Both the position numbers and the translations under genes were made by a program. From assembly GCA_027489175.1 (NCBI GenBank), contig JAIYAE010000014.1, positions 312,491-376,490 of the forward strand: 64,000 bases of DNA. Direction: 5' to 3'. Shown here one piece after another: positions 1 through 9,284 of the stretch (the first letter of the stretch is position 1; each line of letters starts with the position of its first letter). The notes below the pieces were generated by a model. The model saw nothing but the letters and a program-made list of their open reading frames with translations, did not search any database and was not told the DNA's origin. This DNA is from Rhodobacter sp. GTDB lineage: Bacteria > Pseudomonadota > Alphaproteobacteria > Rhodobacterales > Rhodobacteraceae.

Positions 1-1146
1 GCTGTCGTAATAGGGCGGGATCGAATAGCCGCCATACAGCGCCGAATCCATCCGCACGCCAAGGCCACCCGGCGCGTGGAAGGTGCGCACCTTGCCGGGG
101 CAGGGCGCGAAGTTCGGCAGCTTTTCGGCATTGATCCGGACCTCGATCGCGTGGCCGTTGATCTCAAGCTCATCCTGCGTGAAGGACATGCCAAGGCCTG
201 CCGCCACACGGATCTGTTCGCGCACAAGGTCGACGCCGAAGATGTATTCGGTGACCGGGTGTTCGACCTGCAGGCGGGTGTTCATCTCGATGAAGTAGAA
301 CTTGCCGTCTTCATACAGAAACTCAACCGTGCCCGCGCCGATGTAGTTGATCTTGGCCACTGCATTGGCGCAGATCGCGCCGATTTCGGCCCGCATCTTT
401 GGGGTGATCGCGGGGCCGGGGGCCTCTTCGAAGACCTTCTGGTGGCGGCGCTGCAGGGAGCAGTCGCGTTCGCCCAAGTGGACTGCGCGTCCCTTGCCAT
501 CGCCAAAGACCTGGATCTCGATATGGCGGGGCTTCTGCAGGTATTTCTCGATATAGACTTCATCATTGCCGAAGGCGTTCTTCGCCTCGGACCGCGCGGT
601 GCGGAAGGCCATCTCCAGCTCGGTCGCGTCCTTGGCGACCTTCATGCCGCGCCCGCCGCCGCCGGCGGTGGCCTTGATGATGACCGGAAAGCCGATCTCT
701 TCCGCCGCCTTCATCGCGATGTCGAAATCGGCGACCCCACCTTCCGACCCCGGCACGACCGGAATCCCCAGCGCCTTGGCGGTTTCCTTGGCGGTGATCT
801 TGTCGCCCATGATGCGGATATGTTCCGCCGATGGCCCGATGAAGGTCAGCCCGTGATCTTCCAGCGCCTGCGCGAAACTCGCGTTTTCCGACAGGAAGCC
901 ATAGCCCGGATGCACGGCCTGCGCGCCGGTGATTTCACAAGCTGAAATGATGGCCGCCTTGTTCAGATAGCTTTCCGAACTGGGCGCGGGGCCGATGCAG
1001 ACGGATTCGTCGGCCATCCGCACATGCATCGCGTCGGTGTCGGCGGTGGAATGGACGGCGACCGATTTGATCCCCATCTCGCGGCAGGCGCGGATCACGC
1101 GAAGGGCAATCTCGCCCCGGTTGGCGATCAGGATTTTCTCGAACAT
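1..1146 (-). CDS. accC: acetyl-CoA carboxylase biotin carboxylase subunit (partial; C-terminal end lies beyond the left edge)
   Basis: Not in the ORF track because there is no stop in the window. Reverse translation from the ATG at 1146 gives [33 protein letters not shown]...[13 protein letters not shown]...[16 protein letters not shown]...PPYYDS, the ATP-grasp biotin carboxylase signature. The + ORF 76..945 is its antisense shadow. Confidence 0.95.
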   Translation of the reverse strand, partial: MFEKILIANRGEIALRVIRACREMGIKSVAVHSTADTDAMHVRMADESVCIGPAPSSESYLNKAAIISACEITGAQAVHPGYGFLSENASFAQALEDHGLTFIGPSAEHIRIMGDKITAKETAKALGIPVVPGSEGGVADFDIAMKAAEEIGFPVIIKATAGGGGRGMKVAKDATELEMAFRTARSEAKNAFGNDEVYIEKYLQKPRHIEIQVFGDGKGRAVHLGERDCSLQRRHQKVFEEAPGPAITPKMRAEIGAICANAVAKINYIGAGTVEFLYEDGKFYFIEMNTRLQVEHPVTEYIFGVDLVREQIRVAAGLGMSFTQDELEINGHAIEVRINAEKLPNFAPCPGKVRTFHAPGGLGVRMDSALYGGYSIPPYYDS

Positions 1147-1152
1147 CGGCGC

Positions 1153-1641
1153 TTACTCGATAATCATCAGCGGCGCGCCGTATTCGACGGGTGAGCCATC
1201 CTCGACCAGAATGCGCTTCACGACCCCGGATTTCGGCGCCGGGATGTGGTTCATCGTCTTCATCGCCTCGATGATCAGAACGGTCTGGCCCGCGGTAACC
1301 TGCCCGCCGATCGTGACAAAGGCGGCGGCACCCGGTTCGGGCGACAGGTAAATGGTGCCCACCATGGGCGAGGTGACGGCACCGGGATGCTGCGCCGGAT
1401 CTTCGGGCGCGGCGGGCGCCGGGGCAGCGACAGCCACCGCGGCAGGGGCATGATGGGCAACCGGGGCAGGGGCGGCAGCCGTCACCGTCACGACATTGGC
1501 CTGCTTGACCACGCGCACTTCAAGGCTGTCATCCTCGCCATACTCGCGCTTGACCGAAAGTTCGGTCAGGTCATTCTTGTTCAGAAGCTCGGCCAATGCC
1601 GAGATGAAGGCCACATCGGTGTCGGTTGTCTGCTTGCTCAT
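1153..1641 (-). CDS. accB: acetyl-CoA carboxylase biotin carboxyl carrier protein
   Basis: Internal ATG at 1641 of ORF 1153..1827 (MSKQTTDTD...). It has an Ala/Pro-rich linker and the biotinyl-lysine motif IIEAMKTMN near the C-terminus. The stop lies 6 nt upstream of the accC start. Confidence 0.93.
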   Translation of the reverse strand: MSKQTTDTDVAFISALAELLNKNDLTELSVKREYGEDDSLEVRVVKQANVVTVTAAAPAPVAHHAPAAVAVAAPAPAAPEDPAQHPGAVTSPMVGTIYLSPEPGAAAFVTIGGQVTAGQTVLIIEAMKTMNHIPAPKSGVVKRILVEDGSPVEYGAPLMIIE

Positions 1642-1819
1642 GCCGTCCTCTGGTTTCTGCCTCGGGCCTGCCTTGGCCCTGTCGTGCGAAGCCGCACTCT
1701 GGTGTGGGGCGCTTATACGCGAGGGGGGCGGGGCTGAAAAGGCGCGAAAGCAGTGCCTGCAAAAGCGGCAGATCATGGCCGGCGCGGGGATCTTCGCAAT
1801 TTTCCGGGCCGGCAGAACT

Positions 1820-1835
1820 TTTACCATTTGATAAA
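1820..1835. promoter_or_regulatory. weak RutR-like operator candidate upstream of preT
   Basis: TTTACCATTTGATAAA matches 11 of the 14 specified positions of the E. coli RutR consensus TTGACCAnnTGGTCAA. It sits in the AT-rich stretch about 55 bp before preT. Confidence 0.25.
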
Positions 1836-1890
1836 AAAAATGACCTGTGCCAGCCTTCGGAAAAGATCATAAGGGAGGACATTGGGTCCG

Positions 1891-3210
1891 ATGACGAACA
1901 GCCCGCTGACGCCCGGCATTGTTCCGGGTCGCCTGCCAGCCGCCGCCTATGCCGCGAACTTCAACGACCACACGCCGCCCCTTGACCGGCATGAGGCGCG
2001 GGTTGCAGCGGACAGGTGCTACTTCTGCCACGATGCGCCCTGCATCACGGCCTGTCCCACGTCGATCGACATCCCCCTCTTCATCCGCCAGATCGCCACC
2101 GGCACGCCGGAAGCTGCGGCCAAGACGATCTGGGATCAGAACATTCTGGGCGGCATGTGTGCCCGCGTCTGTCCGACCGAAACCCTGTGCGAAGAGGCCT
2201 GCGTGCGCGAAGCGGCGGAGGGCAAACCGGTTGAGATCGGCCTTCTGCAGCGCTTTGCCACCGATACCGCGATGGCCAAGGGCCTGCACCCGTTTGAACG
2301 TGCGGCCCCCACAGGCAAGCGCGTGGCTGTCGTTGGCGCGGGGCCAGCGGGTCTGGCCTGCGCGCACCGCCTTGCACTGCATGGCCATGACGTCGTGGTG
2401 CTGGAGCGCCTACCCAAGGCGGGTGGCCTGAACGAATACGGCATCGCCAGCTACAAGGCCACGGGCGGGTTCGCGCAGGCTGAGGTGGAGTGGCTTCTCC
2501 AGATCGGCGGGATCGAGATTCGGAATGGCGTGGAACTTGGCCGCGACGTGACGCTTGCGGCCCTGCAGGCAGAGTATGACGCGGTTTTCCTTGGCATCGG
2601 TCTGGCCGGGGTCAACGCCCTCCACGCGGCGGGTGAGGATCTGGCAGGCGTCAGCAACGCGGTCGATTTCATCGCAGCCCTGCGGCAGACGGATAACCTT
2701 TCCTCCCTGCCCATCGGCCGCGACGTGGTGGTGATCGGCGGCGGGATGACGGCTGTCGATGCGGCCGTCCAGTCCAAGCTTCTGGGCGCCGAGAACGTGA
2801 CCATCGTCTACCGCCGCGGGCAAGAGAAGATGAGCGCCTCGGGCTATGAGCAGGACCATGCCGTCAAGGCGGGCGTCCGCATCATCCACAACGCAGCCCC
2901 TGTGCGCGTCCTGGGCAAGGGCCATGCCGAAGCGGTGGAGTTTGCCTATACCGAAGACACCCCCGAAGGTCTGAAACTGCGGCCCGAGACCTTTACCTTG
3001 AAGGCCGATCAGGTCTTCAAGGCCATCGGCCAGACCCTGACCGGCGCTCCAGACGCTTTGCCCGTCGCAGGGGGCAAGCTCGCGGGCCCCTCGGGCAAGG
3101 TCTGGGTCGGCGGCGATTGTGCGGCGGGCGGCGAAGACCTGACCGTCACTGCCGTCGCCGAAGGTCGCGACGCGGCCGAGGCGATCCACGCCCAGCTGAT
3201 GGGGCACTGA
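1891..3210 (+). CDS. preT: NAD-dependent dihydropyrimidine dehydrogenase subunit PreT (GltD-like oxidoreductase)
   Basis: ORF 1882..3210 opens with TTG; the ATG at 1891 follows GGGAGGA. It has N-terminal Fe-S Cys clusters (CYFCHDAPCITACP, CARVCPTETLCEEAC) and two dinucleotide-binding motifs (VAVVGAGPAGLACA, VVVIGGGMTAVD). It is paired with preA downstream. Confidence 0.88.
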   Translation: MTNSPLTPGIVPGRLPAAAYAANFNDHTPPLDRHEARVAADRCYFCHDAPCITACPTSIDIPLFIRQIATGTPEAAAKTIWDQNILGGMCARVCPTETLCEEACVREAAEGKPVEIGLLQRFATDTAMAKGLHPFERAAPTGKRVAVVGAGPAGLACAHRLALHGHDVVVLERLPKAGGLNEYGIASYKATGGFAQAEVEWLLQIGGIEIRNGVELGRDVTLAALQAEYDAVFLGIGLAGVNALHAAGEDLAGVSNAVDFIAALRQTDNLSSLPIGRDVVVIGGGMTAVDAAVQSKLLGAENVTIVYRRGQEKMSASGYEQDHAVKAGVRIIHNAAPVRVLGKGHAEAVEFAYTEDTPEGLKLRPETFTLKADQVFKAIGQTLTGAPDALPVAGGKLAGPSGKVWVGGDCAAGGEDLTVTAVAEGRDAAEAIHAQLMGH

Positions 3211-3276
3211 TGGCAACGGTTTTCCCTTGCCTGACAGCAACTTTCCCGCCAAACGGCAGGACGGAAGAGGGCAGGT

Positions 3277-3807
3277 ATGGACGGCTGGATCGACACCTTC
3301 ATCGCGTTCATCGAACGCAACCAGGACTGGCTGCCGCTGATCATGCTGATCTTCGCGGCGGCGGAAACGACCGCCTTCCTGTCGATCCTGATCCCTTCCA
3401 CCGCCGTTCTGGTGGCCGTGGGCGCGCTGGCAGCCACAGGCGCGGTGCCGTTTTGGCCCTTGTGGGCCGGTGCCACTGTGGGGGCGCTGATCGGCTCCAG
3501 CTTCAGCTACTGGCTGGGCTGGCGCTACGGGACCACCGTCCTGTCCATGCGGCCCCTGAAGGACCATCCCGAGATGGTGGAAAAGGCCCAAGCCTCCTTC
3601 GCCAAATACGGGCCGGTGACCATCCTGATCGGCCATTTCACCACGGTCTTCCGCCCGGTCGTGTTCCTGATGGCCGGGATGAGCGGGATGACCCTGCCGC
3701 GCTTTGCGTTCTGGAACGGCCTTGGCTGCGTCGCCTGGGCTTTCCTTATCCCCAAACTCGGCCAGTATGGCGGCGATCTGATCGGCTTTCTCTGGTCGCT
3801 CTTCTGA
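3277..3807 (+). CDS. DedA family inner-membrane protein
   Basis: 176 aa, multi-TM, with the DedA/SNARE-associated pattern ...AAAETTAFLSILIPSTAVLVAVGALA...SYWLGWRYG. Confidence 0.8.
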   Translation: MDGWIDTFIAFIERNQDWLPLIMLIFAAAETTAFLSILIPSTAVLVAVGALAATGAVPFWPLWAGATVGALIGSSFSYWLGWRYGTTVLSMRPLKDHPEMVEKAQASFAKYGPVTILIGHFTTVFRPVVFLMAGMSGMTLPRFAFWNGLGCVAWAFLIPKLGQYGGDLIGFLWSLF

Positions 3808-3870
3808 CCGACTCTCGGCCAACCGCCCGCGCCACACCCCCCTTCCCAGCATTCGCCAAGGAGGTTTCCC

Positions 3871-5166
3871 ATGGCTAACCTGTCCGCCAATTTCATCGGC
3901 ATCAAATCCCCGAACCCGTTCTGGCTGGCCTCGGCACCGCCCACGGACAAGAAATACAACGTCGAGCGCGCGTTTGAGGCGGGCTGGGGCGGGGTTGTGT
4001 GGAAAACCCTCGGCTCTGAAGGCCCGCCGGTCGTGAACGTGAACGGCCCGCGCTACGGCGCGATCTGGGGTGCCGACCGCCGCCTTCTGGGCCTGAACAA
4101 CATCGAACTGATCACTGACCGCCCGCTTGAGGTGAATCTGCGCGAGATCAAGGAGGTCAAGCGCAAGTGGCGCGACCGGGCCATGGTCATCAGCCTGATG
4201 GTGCCCTGTGATGAAGACAGCTGGAAAGACATCCTCCACCGGATCGAAGATACCGAGGCGGACGGGGTTGAGCTGAACTTCGGCTGCCCGCATGGCATGG
4301 CCGAACGCGGCATGGGATCGGCCGTGGGCCAAGTGCCGGAATACATCGAGATGGTCACGCGCTGGGTCAAGAAACACTCCCGCATGCCCTGCATCGTTAA
4401 GCTGACGCCCAACATCACCGATGTGCGCAAGCCGGCTGAGGCGGCAAAGCGCGGCGGGGCGGATGCGGTATCGCTGATCAACACGATCAACTCCATCACT
4501 TCCGTCAACCTCGACGATTTCAGCCCCGAACCGATGATCGACGGCAAAGGCACCCACGGCGGCTATTGCGGCCCAGCGGTGAAGCCGATTGCCATGAACA
4601 TGGTGGCCGAAATTGCCCGCAGCGCCGAAACCCGCGGCCTGCCGATCTCGGGCATCGGCGGCATCACCACCTGGCGCGATGCAGCGGAATTCATGGCGCT
4701 TGGCGCTGGTAACGTGCAGGTCTGCACGGCCGTGATGAACTATGGCTTCAAGATCGTGCAGGAGATGATCTCGGGCCTGTCGCAGTATCTGGACGAAAAG
4801 CAGATCGGGCTGCCGGACCTTGTTGGCCGCGCAGTGCCCAATGTCACCGACTGGCAGTATCTGAACCTGAACTACGTCGCCAAAGCGCATATCAATCAGG
4901 ATGACTGCATCAAGTGCGGGCGCTGCTATGCCGCCTGCGAAGACACCAGCCACCAAGCCATTTCGATGAGCGCGGACCGCGTGTTCGAGGTGATGGATGA
5001 CGAATGCGTTGCCTGCAACCTGTGCGTCAACGTCTGCCCGGTGGACAACTGCATCACCATGGTACCGCTTTCCAAAGGCACGGTCGACCCGCGCACCGGA
5101 ACCGTGGTGGGCGATTACGCCAACTGGACGACGCATCCGAACAACCCGAGCGTTGCGGCTGAGTGA
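3871..5166 (+). CDS. preA: NAD-dependent dihydropyrimidine dehydrogenase subunit PreA
   Basis: AAGGAGG lies at 3858-3864. The protein is a dihydroorotate-dehydrogenase-like barrel (GVELNFGCPHGM, GIGGITTWRDA) with two C-terminal 4Fe-4S motifs (CIKCGRCYAACED, CVACNLCVNVCPV). Confidence 0.93.
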   Translation: MANLSANFIGIKSPNPFWLASAPPTDKKYNVERAFEAGWGGVVWKTLGSEGPPVVNVNGPRYGAIWGADRRLLGLNNIELITDRPLEVNLREIKEVKRKWRDRAMVISLMVPCDEDSWKDILHRIEDTEADGVELNFGCPHGMAERGMGSAVGQVPEYIEMVTRWVKKHSRMPCIVKLTPNITDVRKPAEAAKRGGADAVSLINTINSITSVNLDDFSPEPMIDGKGTHGGYCGPAVKPIAMNMVAEIARSAETRGLPISGIGGITTWRDAAEFMALGAGNVQVCTAVMNYGFKIVQEMISGLSQYLDEKQIGLPDLVGRAVPNVTDWQYLNLNYVAKAHINQDDCIKCGRCYAACEDTSHQAISMSADRVFEVMDDECVACNLCVNVCPVDNCITMVPLSKGTVDPRTGTVVGDYANWTTHPNNPSVAAE

Positions 5167-5750
5167 CCGCTCCCCCCGAGGCCTGGGAGCAGGCAAGACA
5201 ACAAATCGCGGCTGCGGCTCAGGAACGGGCCGGGCCGCTTGTCGTGGCGATTGACGGGCGCAGCGGGGTCGGCAAGTCCACGCTTGCCGAATGGCTTTCG
5301 AGCCGCCTGCCCGCCACCCTGATCGAAGGCGATGACTTTTACGCTGGAGGAACGGGCATCCTTGGCGATCCGCCCGAAGCCCGCGCCGCCCGCTGCATCG
5401 ACTGGCGGACCCAGCGACGGGTTCTTTCCGCGCTCCGCGCGGGGCAGGGTGCCGACTACCACGCCTTCGACTGGGATGCCTTCGACGGAAGCCTAGCCGC
5501 CCGTTCAACCCATGTCGCGCCGGCAAAGATCATCCTGCTGGAAGGGGTCTATTCAGCGCGGCCCGAACTGCGGGATCTTGTCGACATTCGCGTCCTTGTC
5601 ACCGTGCCCGACGTTCTGCGCCTTGCCCGCCTGCATGCCCGCGAAGGCGAGATCGGGGAGTGGGAAATTCAATGGCACGAGGCAGAGGAGTGGTATTTCG
5701 CCGTCGCCGCCCCGCCTGCCGCCTTCGATCTGGTGATCGACAACCTCTAG
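5163..5750 (+). CDS. P-loop NTPase, uridine-kinase-like
   Basis: The GTG start overlaps the preA stop (GTGA). It has a Walker A motif, IDGRSGVGKSTLAEWL, and a uridine/cytidine-kinase-like size of 195 aa. Confidence 0.7.
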   Translation: MTAPPEAWEQARQQIAAAAQERAGPLVVAIDGRSGVGKSTLAEWLSSRLPATLIEGDDFYAGGTGILGDPPEARAARCIDWRTQRRVLSALRAGQGADYHAFDWDAFDGSLAARSTHVAPAKIILLEGVYSARPELRDLVDIRVLVTVPDVLRLARLHAREGEIGEWEIQWHEAEEWYFAVAAPPAAFDLVIDNL

Positions 5751-6046
5751 GGCAGCGGCAGCGGGCTGATTCCGGCGGCGATGCTGGCCTTGATATAGGC
5801 CTCTCGCGCGGCTTCGGCGGCGGCGCGGGCGGTTGTGGCGGGGTGCTGATCTTCATCACGCTCGGCCAGTTCGACCGCGACCTGCGCCATCGTGGCAGCT
5901 GGCTGGCGCACCGCATCGCTGCGCTGGGTGGCGGCCACCGGCGGTGGGGTCTGGGCTGCGGCCACCGAGACCAGACGCTCAGCCGGGGTGGAGGCAGGCG
6001 GGGTGGGCTGCGGCAATTGTGAACGGACAGCGGTGACAGAATCCAT
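5747..6046 (-). CDS. hypothetical Ala/Pro-rich protein (99 aa)
   Basis: ATG-initiated ORF with GC3 of about 76% (hand count), lower than neighbouring genes. No clear SD and no recognisable domain. Its stop overlaps the stop of 5163..5750 in a CTAG. Confidence 0.35.
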   Translation of the reverse strand: MDSVTAVRSQLPQPTPPASTPAERLVSVAAAQTPPPVAATQRSDAVRQPAATMAQVAVELAERDEDQHPATTARAAAEAAREAYIKASIAAGISPLPLP

Positions 6047-6199
6047 TTTGGCATTTCCCGAAGACAGATGTCCTGCGCGTCAGATTAGCTGACAATCCCC
6101 TAACGGGCATCCGGAAAATGCCTAAAATCCTCCGCGACAAGTGTTAAGGCTTTCTGAAGGTGCGACACCAACCTATTGAAAGCATTGGGTCTGGTGCAC

Positions 6200-6216
6200 T
6201 GTCCCTGCCCGGGACA
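6200..6216 (-). terminator. 17-nt hairpin abutting the TetR stop (UGUCCC-GGGCA-GGGACA on the transcribed strand)
   Basis: tgtccctgcccgggaca is the exact reverse complement of the hairpin at 29989-30005. In both places it lies just 3' of a gene in the same transcribed orientation. Confidence 0.4.
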
Positions 6217-6825
6217 TCAGGGCTGCAAAAGCCGGGTGAAAAGCGTCTCCAGAAACCCGCCCGCTTCGGCAAAGGGGTCATGCCCCGGGCCAAGCACCGC
6301 GCGGACCTGCACGTCGAAGTCGGCATAGTGCTGGGTCAAGGCCCAGATCGAAAAGACCAGATGCACCGGGTCGACCCGGGCCAGCCGACCTTCCTCCATC
6401 CAGCGGGTCAGGACCTTCGCCTTCTCCTCGACCAGCGCCTTCAGATCGCCCTCGATCACCTCACGCATTCGGGGGGCGCCTTGCAGGATCTCGCCGGCAA
6501 ACAGGCGGCTTTCGCGGGGGTAGTCGCGGGCAAGGTCCAGCTTGCGGCGGACATAGGCCAGAACCTCGGCCACGGGCTCGCCCTTGGGGTCCATCGCCCG
6601 CAACGGGTCAAGCCAGGTGTGAAGCAGCCCGGTCAGAAGCGCGGTGTGCACCGCCTCTTTCGACGGGAAATAGTAAAGCAGGTTCGGCTTTGACAGCCCG
6701 GCCCCATCGGCGATCTGGTCCAGCGTCGCGCCGCGAAAGCCGTGCTGGGAAAACACCTCCAGCGCCGCATCAAGGATATTCTCGCGGTTCTTTTGCTGGA
6801 TACGGGAGCGGGCGACTGAGGGCAT
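6217..6825 (-). CDS. TetR family transcriptional regulator, RutR-like
   Basis: ATG at 6825 (MPSVARSRIQQKNRENILDAALEVFSQHGFRGATLDQIADGAGLSKPNLLYYFPSKEAV). It has a TetR HTH and is divergent from the aminotransferase gene. Confidence 0.88.
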   Translation of the reverse strand: MPSVARSRIQQKNRENILDAALEVFSQHGFRGATLDQIADGAGLSKPNLLYYFPSKEAVHTALLTGLLHTWLDPLRAMDPKGEPVAEVLAYVRRKLDLARDYPRESRLFAGEILQGAPRMREVIEGDLKALVEEKAKVLTRWMEEGRLARVDPVHLVFSIWALTQHYADFDVQVRAVLGPGHDPFAEAGGFLETLFTRLLQP

Positions 6826-6986
6826 GGGCGGTTGGTACTTTTCACAGGCAGGCAAAGGGGGTGCGCCGGGACTTGACGCGCAGAAAGCGTGGGATCACCC
6901 TTGACCCCGGGGACCCCATGGATAGCTTGCCCCCGCGCACCACGTCAAATCATTCGCCGCCCCGCCCGCGGCCCAAGGAGAACCGC

Positions 6987-8312
6987 ATGGCCCTTGACCG
7001 CAACGCCCCGAACGACCTGAACGCCTTCTGGATGCCCTTCACCGCGAACCGGCAGTTCAAGAAGAACCCCCGGATGTTCGTGGCGGCAAAGGACATGCAT
7101 TACACCACCAGCGATGGCCGCCAGGTGCTGGACGGAACGGCGGGCCTCTGGTGCTGCAACGCGGGGCACTGTCGGCCAAAGATCGTTGAGGCGATCCAGA
7201 AGCAGGCGGCAGAGCTGGACTATGCCCCCGCCTTCCAGATGGGGCATCCCATCGCGTTTGAGCTTGCCAACCGCATCATCGACATCGCGCCGAAGGGGAT
7301 TGAGCATGTGTTCTACACGAACTCCGGCTCAGAGAGTGTCGAGACAGCGCTGAAGCTTGCCATCGCCTACCACCGTGCCCGGGGCGAAGGCGCGCGGACC
7401 CGGCTGATCGGGCGGGAACGGGGCTATCACGGGGTGAATTTCGGCGGCATCTCGGTCGGCGGGATCGTGAACAACCGCAAGGTTTTCGGCACCCTTCTGG
7501 GCGGCGTTGATCACCTGCCGCACACCCACTTGCCGCATCTGAATGCCTTCACCAAGGGCCAACCAGAACACGGCGCGAACCTGGCCGATGATCTGGAGCG
7601 GATCGTGGCGCTGCACGGGGCCGAGACGATTGCCGCTGTGATCGTGGAGCCGATGGCGGGGTCAACCGGCGTGCTGATGCCGCCGAAAGGCTATCTGGAG
7701 AAGCTGCGGGCGATCACCAAGAAACACGGCATCCTGTTGATCTTCGATGAGGTCATCACCGGCTTCGGGCGCTTGGGCTCGGCGTTTGCGGCCCAGCATT
7801 TCAACGTGATCCCGGACATGATGACCACCGCCAAGGGGCTGACCAACGGCGTGATCCCGATGGGCGCCGTCCTGACCACCGCCGAAATCCATGACGCGTT
7901 CATGACCGGGCCGGAGAACCTGATCGAGCTCTTCCACGGCTACACCTATTCCGGCAACCCGATTGCCGCCGCCTGCGGGATCGCCACGCTTGAGGTCTAC
8001 AAGGAAGAGGGTCTCTTTGACCGCGCGCGGGAGTTGGAGCCGTACTGGCAGGAAGCGATCCATTCCTTGAAGGATCACCCCCATGTCATCGACATCCGAA
8101 ACATGGGCCTGATCGGCGCGGTGGAGTTGCAGCCAATCGACGGCGCCCCCACGAAGCGGGCGTTCAATGCCTTCCTCAAGGCCTATGAAAAAGGCATCCT
8201 GATCCGCACCACGGGCGACATCATCGCAATGTCGCCGCCGCTCATCATCTCCAAGCCCCAGATCGACGCATTGATCGGCACGCTGGGCGAGGTGCTGAAG
8301 ACGCTCGACTGA
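6987..8312 (+). CDS. class-III aminotransferase, beta-alanine--pyruvate (omega-amino acid) transaminase-like
   Basis: ATG at 6987 follows AAGGAG (6975-6980); the upstream part of ORF 6690..8312 is non-coding-like. The sequence runs MALDRNAPNDLNAFWMPFTANRQF...; the PLP-lysine region is DMMTTAKGLTNG. Confidence 0.9.
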   Translation: MALDRNAPNDLNAFWMPFTANRQFKKNPRMFVAAKDMHYTTSDGRQVLDGTAGLWCCNAGHCRPKIVEAIQKQAAELDYAPAFQMGHPIAFELANRIIDIAPKGIEHVFYTNSGSESVETALKLAIAYHRARGEGARTRLIGRERGYHGVNFGGISVGGIVNNRKVFGTLLGGVDHLPHTHLPHLNAFTKGQPEHGANLADDLERIVALHGAETIAAVIVEPMAGSTGVLMPPKGYLEKLRAITKKHGILLIFDEVITGFGRLGSAFAAQHFNVIPDMMTTAKGLTNGVIPMGAVLTTAEIHDAFMTGPENLIELFHGYTYSGNPIAAACGIATLEVYKEEGLFDRARELEPYWQEAIHSLKDHPHVIDIRNMGLIGAVELQPIDGAPTKRAFNAFLKAYEKGILIRTTGDIIAMSPPLIISKPQIDALIGTLGEVLKTLD

Positions 8313-8314
8313 TC

Positions 8315-8401
8315 CTACTGCACCAGTTGCATGACGCCCCAAGGCAGAACGGTGACCATGGCCACGATGATGAGGATGGACCGCTTGAGACCTTTGAACA
8401 T
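8315..8401 (-). CDS. 28-aa hydrophobic mini-protein (MFKGLKRSILIIVAMVTVLPWGVMQLVQ)
   Basis: AGGGAG lies 7 nt upstream of the ATG and 23/28 codons end in G/C. The peptide has a basic N-terminus and a single TM helix. Confidence 0.4.
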   Translation of the reverse strand: MFKGLKRSILIIVAMVTVLPWGVMQLVQ

Positions 8402-8467
8402 GGGGCATCTCCCTGGGTTGGTTTTGCCTGAGATAGGCAGCGCAGCCGCCTGTGCAAGAGGCGCGAA

Positions 8468-8782
8468 ATGACGCGGCCCGCCTGCACGGCAACCCTCTTG
8501 ATCGATGATGATCGGGTGCGCGCAACCCGGTTCGATTTCGCCCCGGGGGCCGAGACGGGCTGGCACCGGCATGGGCATGACTACGTGATCACGGCGGTCA
8601 CCGATTGCCACATGCTGCTGGAAGAGCCGGGGGGCGGATCACGCAGGGTTCTGGTGCCGGCAGGCACGGCCTATCGGCGTAGCGAAGGGGTGGAGCATAA
8701 CGTCGTCAACGACGGCGCCGCTCCTATGTGCTTTGTCGAGGTCGAGTTGAAGGAATCTGTCCCCGGGCTCCAAAATCCTTAA
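8468..8782 (+). CDS. cupin domain protein
   Basis: 104 aa with cupin metal motifs GWHRHGHDYV ... GVEHNVVN. Confidence 0.8.
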   Translation: MTRPACTATLLIDDDRVRATRFDFAPGAETGWHRHGHDYVITAVTDCHMLLEEPGGGSRRVLVPAGTAYRRSEGVEHNVVNDGAAPMCFVEVELKESVPGLQNP

Positions 8783-8819
8783 GCAAGGATTTTGCCAAAT
8801 TTCTTGCTTAAGAAATTTG
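8771..8819. repeat. AT-rich double-hairpin element, copy A
   Basis: CAAAATCCTT-aagc-AAGGATTTTG c CAAATTTCTT-gctt-AAGAAATTTG: two perfect 10-bp stems with mutually complementary loops. It contains the TAA stops of both convergent genes. Confidence 0.85.
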
Positions 8820-9275
8820 CCCCAAGGCCGCCTGCAGCGCCTTGATGCCCCGGACCACCAGCTTGTGGTCTTCTACCTGCGGCAGGCCCGATACCGTGGC
8901 CACCGCGACCAAGCCCGCACCTGCCACCACAATCGGCACTGCGCCGCCGTTGTCGGCGTATTGGGCCGCGGGCAGGGCGTCACGCTCCAGCGTCTGGCCC
9001 TTGGCACGGTTGCGGGCCCCGACGAGCAAGGAAGCCGCCTGCAACATCAGCGCGGTGTTCGACTTGCGCAGCGCCCAAAGGTCATTCAGCGGCGCTGATC
9101 CGGGCAACCCTGCGTGAAACAGCGTGCGGTTGGCGGTGCGAATGTCGATCACCACGGGCAGGTTTTCGGCCAATGCCAGGTCCACCAGAATGCGTCCCAG
9201 CCTCAGCGCCGTGGTTTCGTCAAAGGCCGGCAGGACCAGTGTGGCGGCCTCGGCCTCAAGCTCTGCGATGTCCAT
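8808..9275 (-). CDS. UPF0303 / GlcG-like heme-degrading-domain protein
   Basis: 155 aa, MDIAELEAEAATLVLPAFDETTALRLGRILVDLA...GGAVPIVV...VSGLPQVEDHKLV, typical of the UPF0303 family. Confidence 0.75.
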   Translation of the reverse strand: MDIAELEAEAATLVLPAFDETTALRLGRILVDLALAENLPVVIDIRTANRTLFHAGLPGSAPLNDLWALRKSNTALMLQAASLLVGARNRAKGQTLERDALPAAQYADNGGAVPIVVAGAGLVAVATVSGLPQVEDHKLVVRGIKALQAALGQIS

Positions 9276-9284
9276 TCTGTTCCC

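Noticed and set aside
76-945. 289-aa plus-strand ORF at the left edge
   Set aside because: It is antisense to accC. The track misses accC only because its stop lies outside the window.
2410-5526. 1038-aa ORF on the minus strand, the longest in the track
   Set aside because: It lies antisense to preT, dedA and preA, all of which have clear family signatures. Its product is Arg/Pro/Gly/His-rich low-complexity sequence with no motifs. This is a typical shadow ORF of a GC-rich genome.
6690-6986. N-terminal extensions of tracked ORFs (this one, plus 11573-11704, 15829-15927, 19848-19910, 24073-24276, 28072-28203, 44869-45672, 61221-61535 and 62772-63071)
   Set aside because: In each case an internal start with a good SD, or a 4-nt overlap with the upstream gene, begins the recognisable protein. 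The extension itself is Arg/Pro-rich and overlaps the neighbouring gene or a promoter region.
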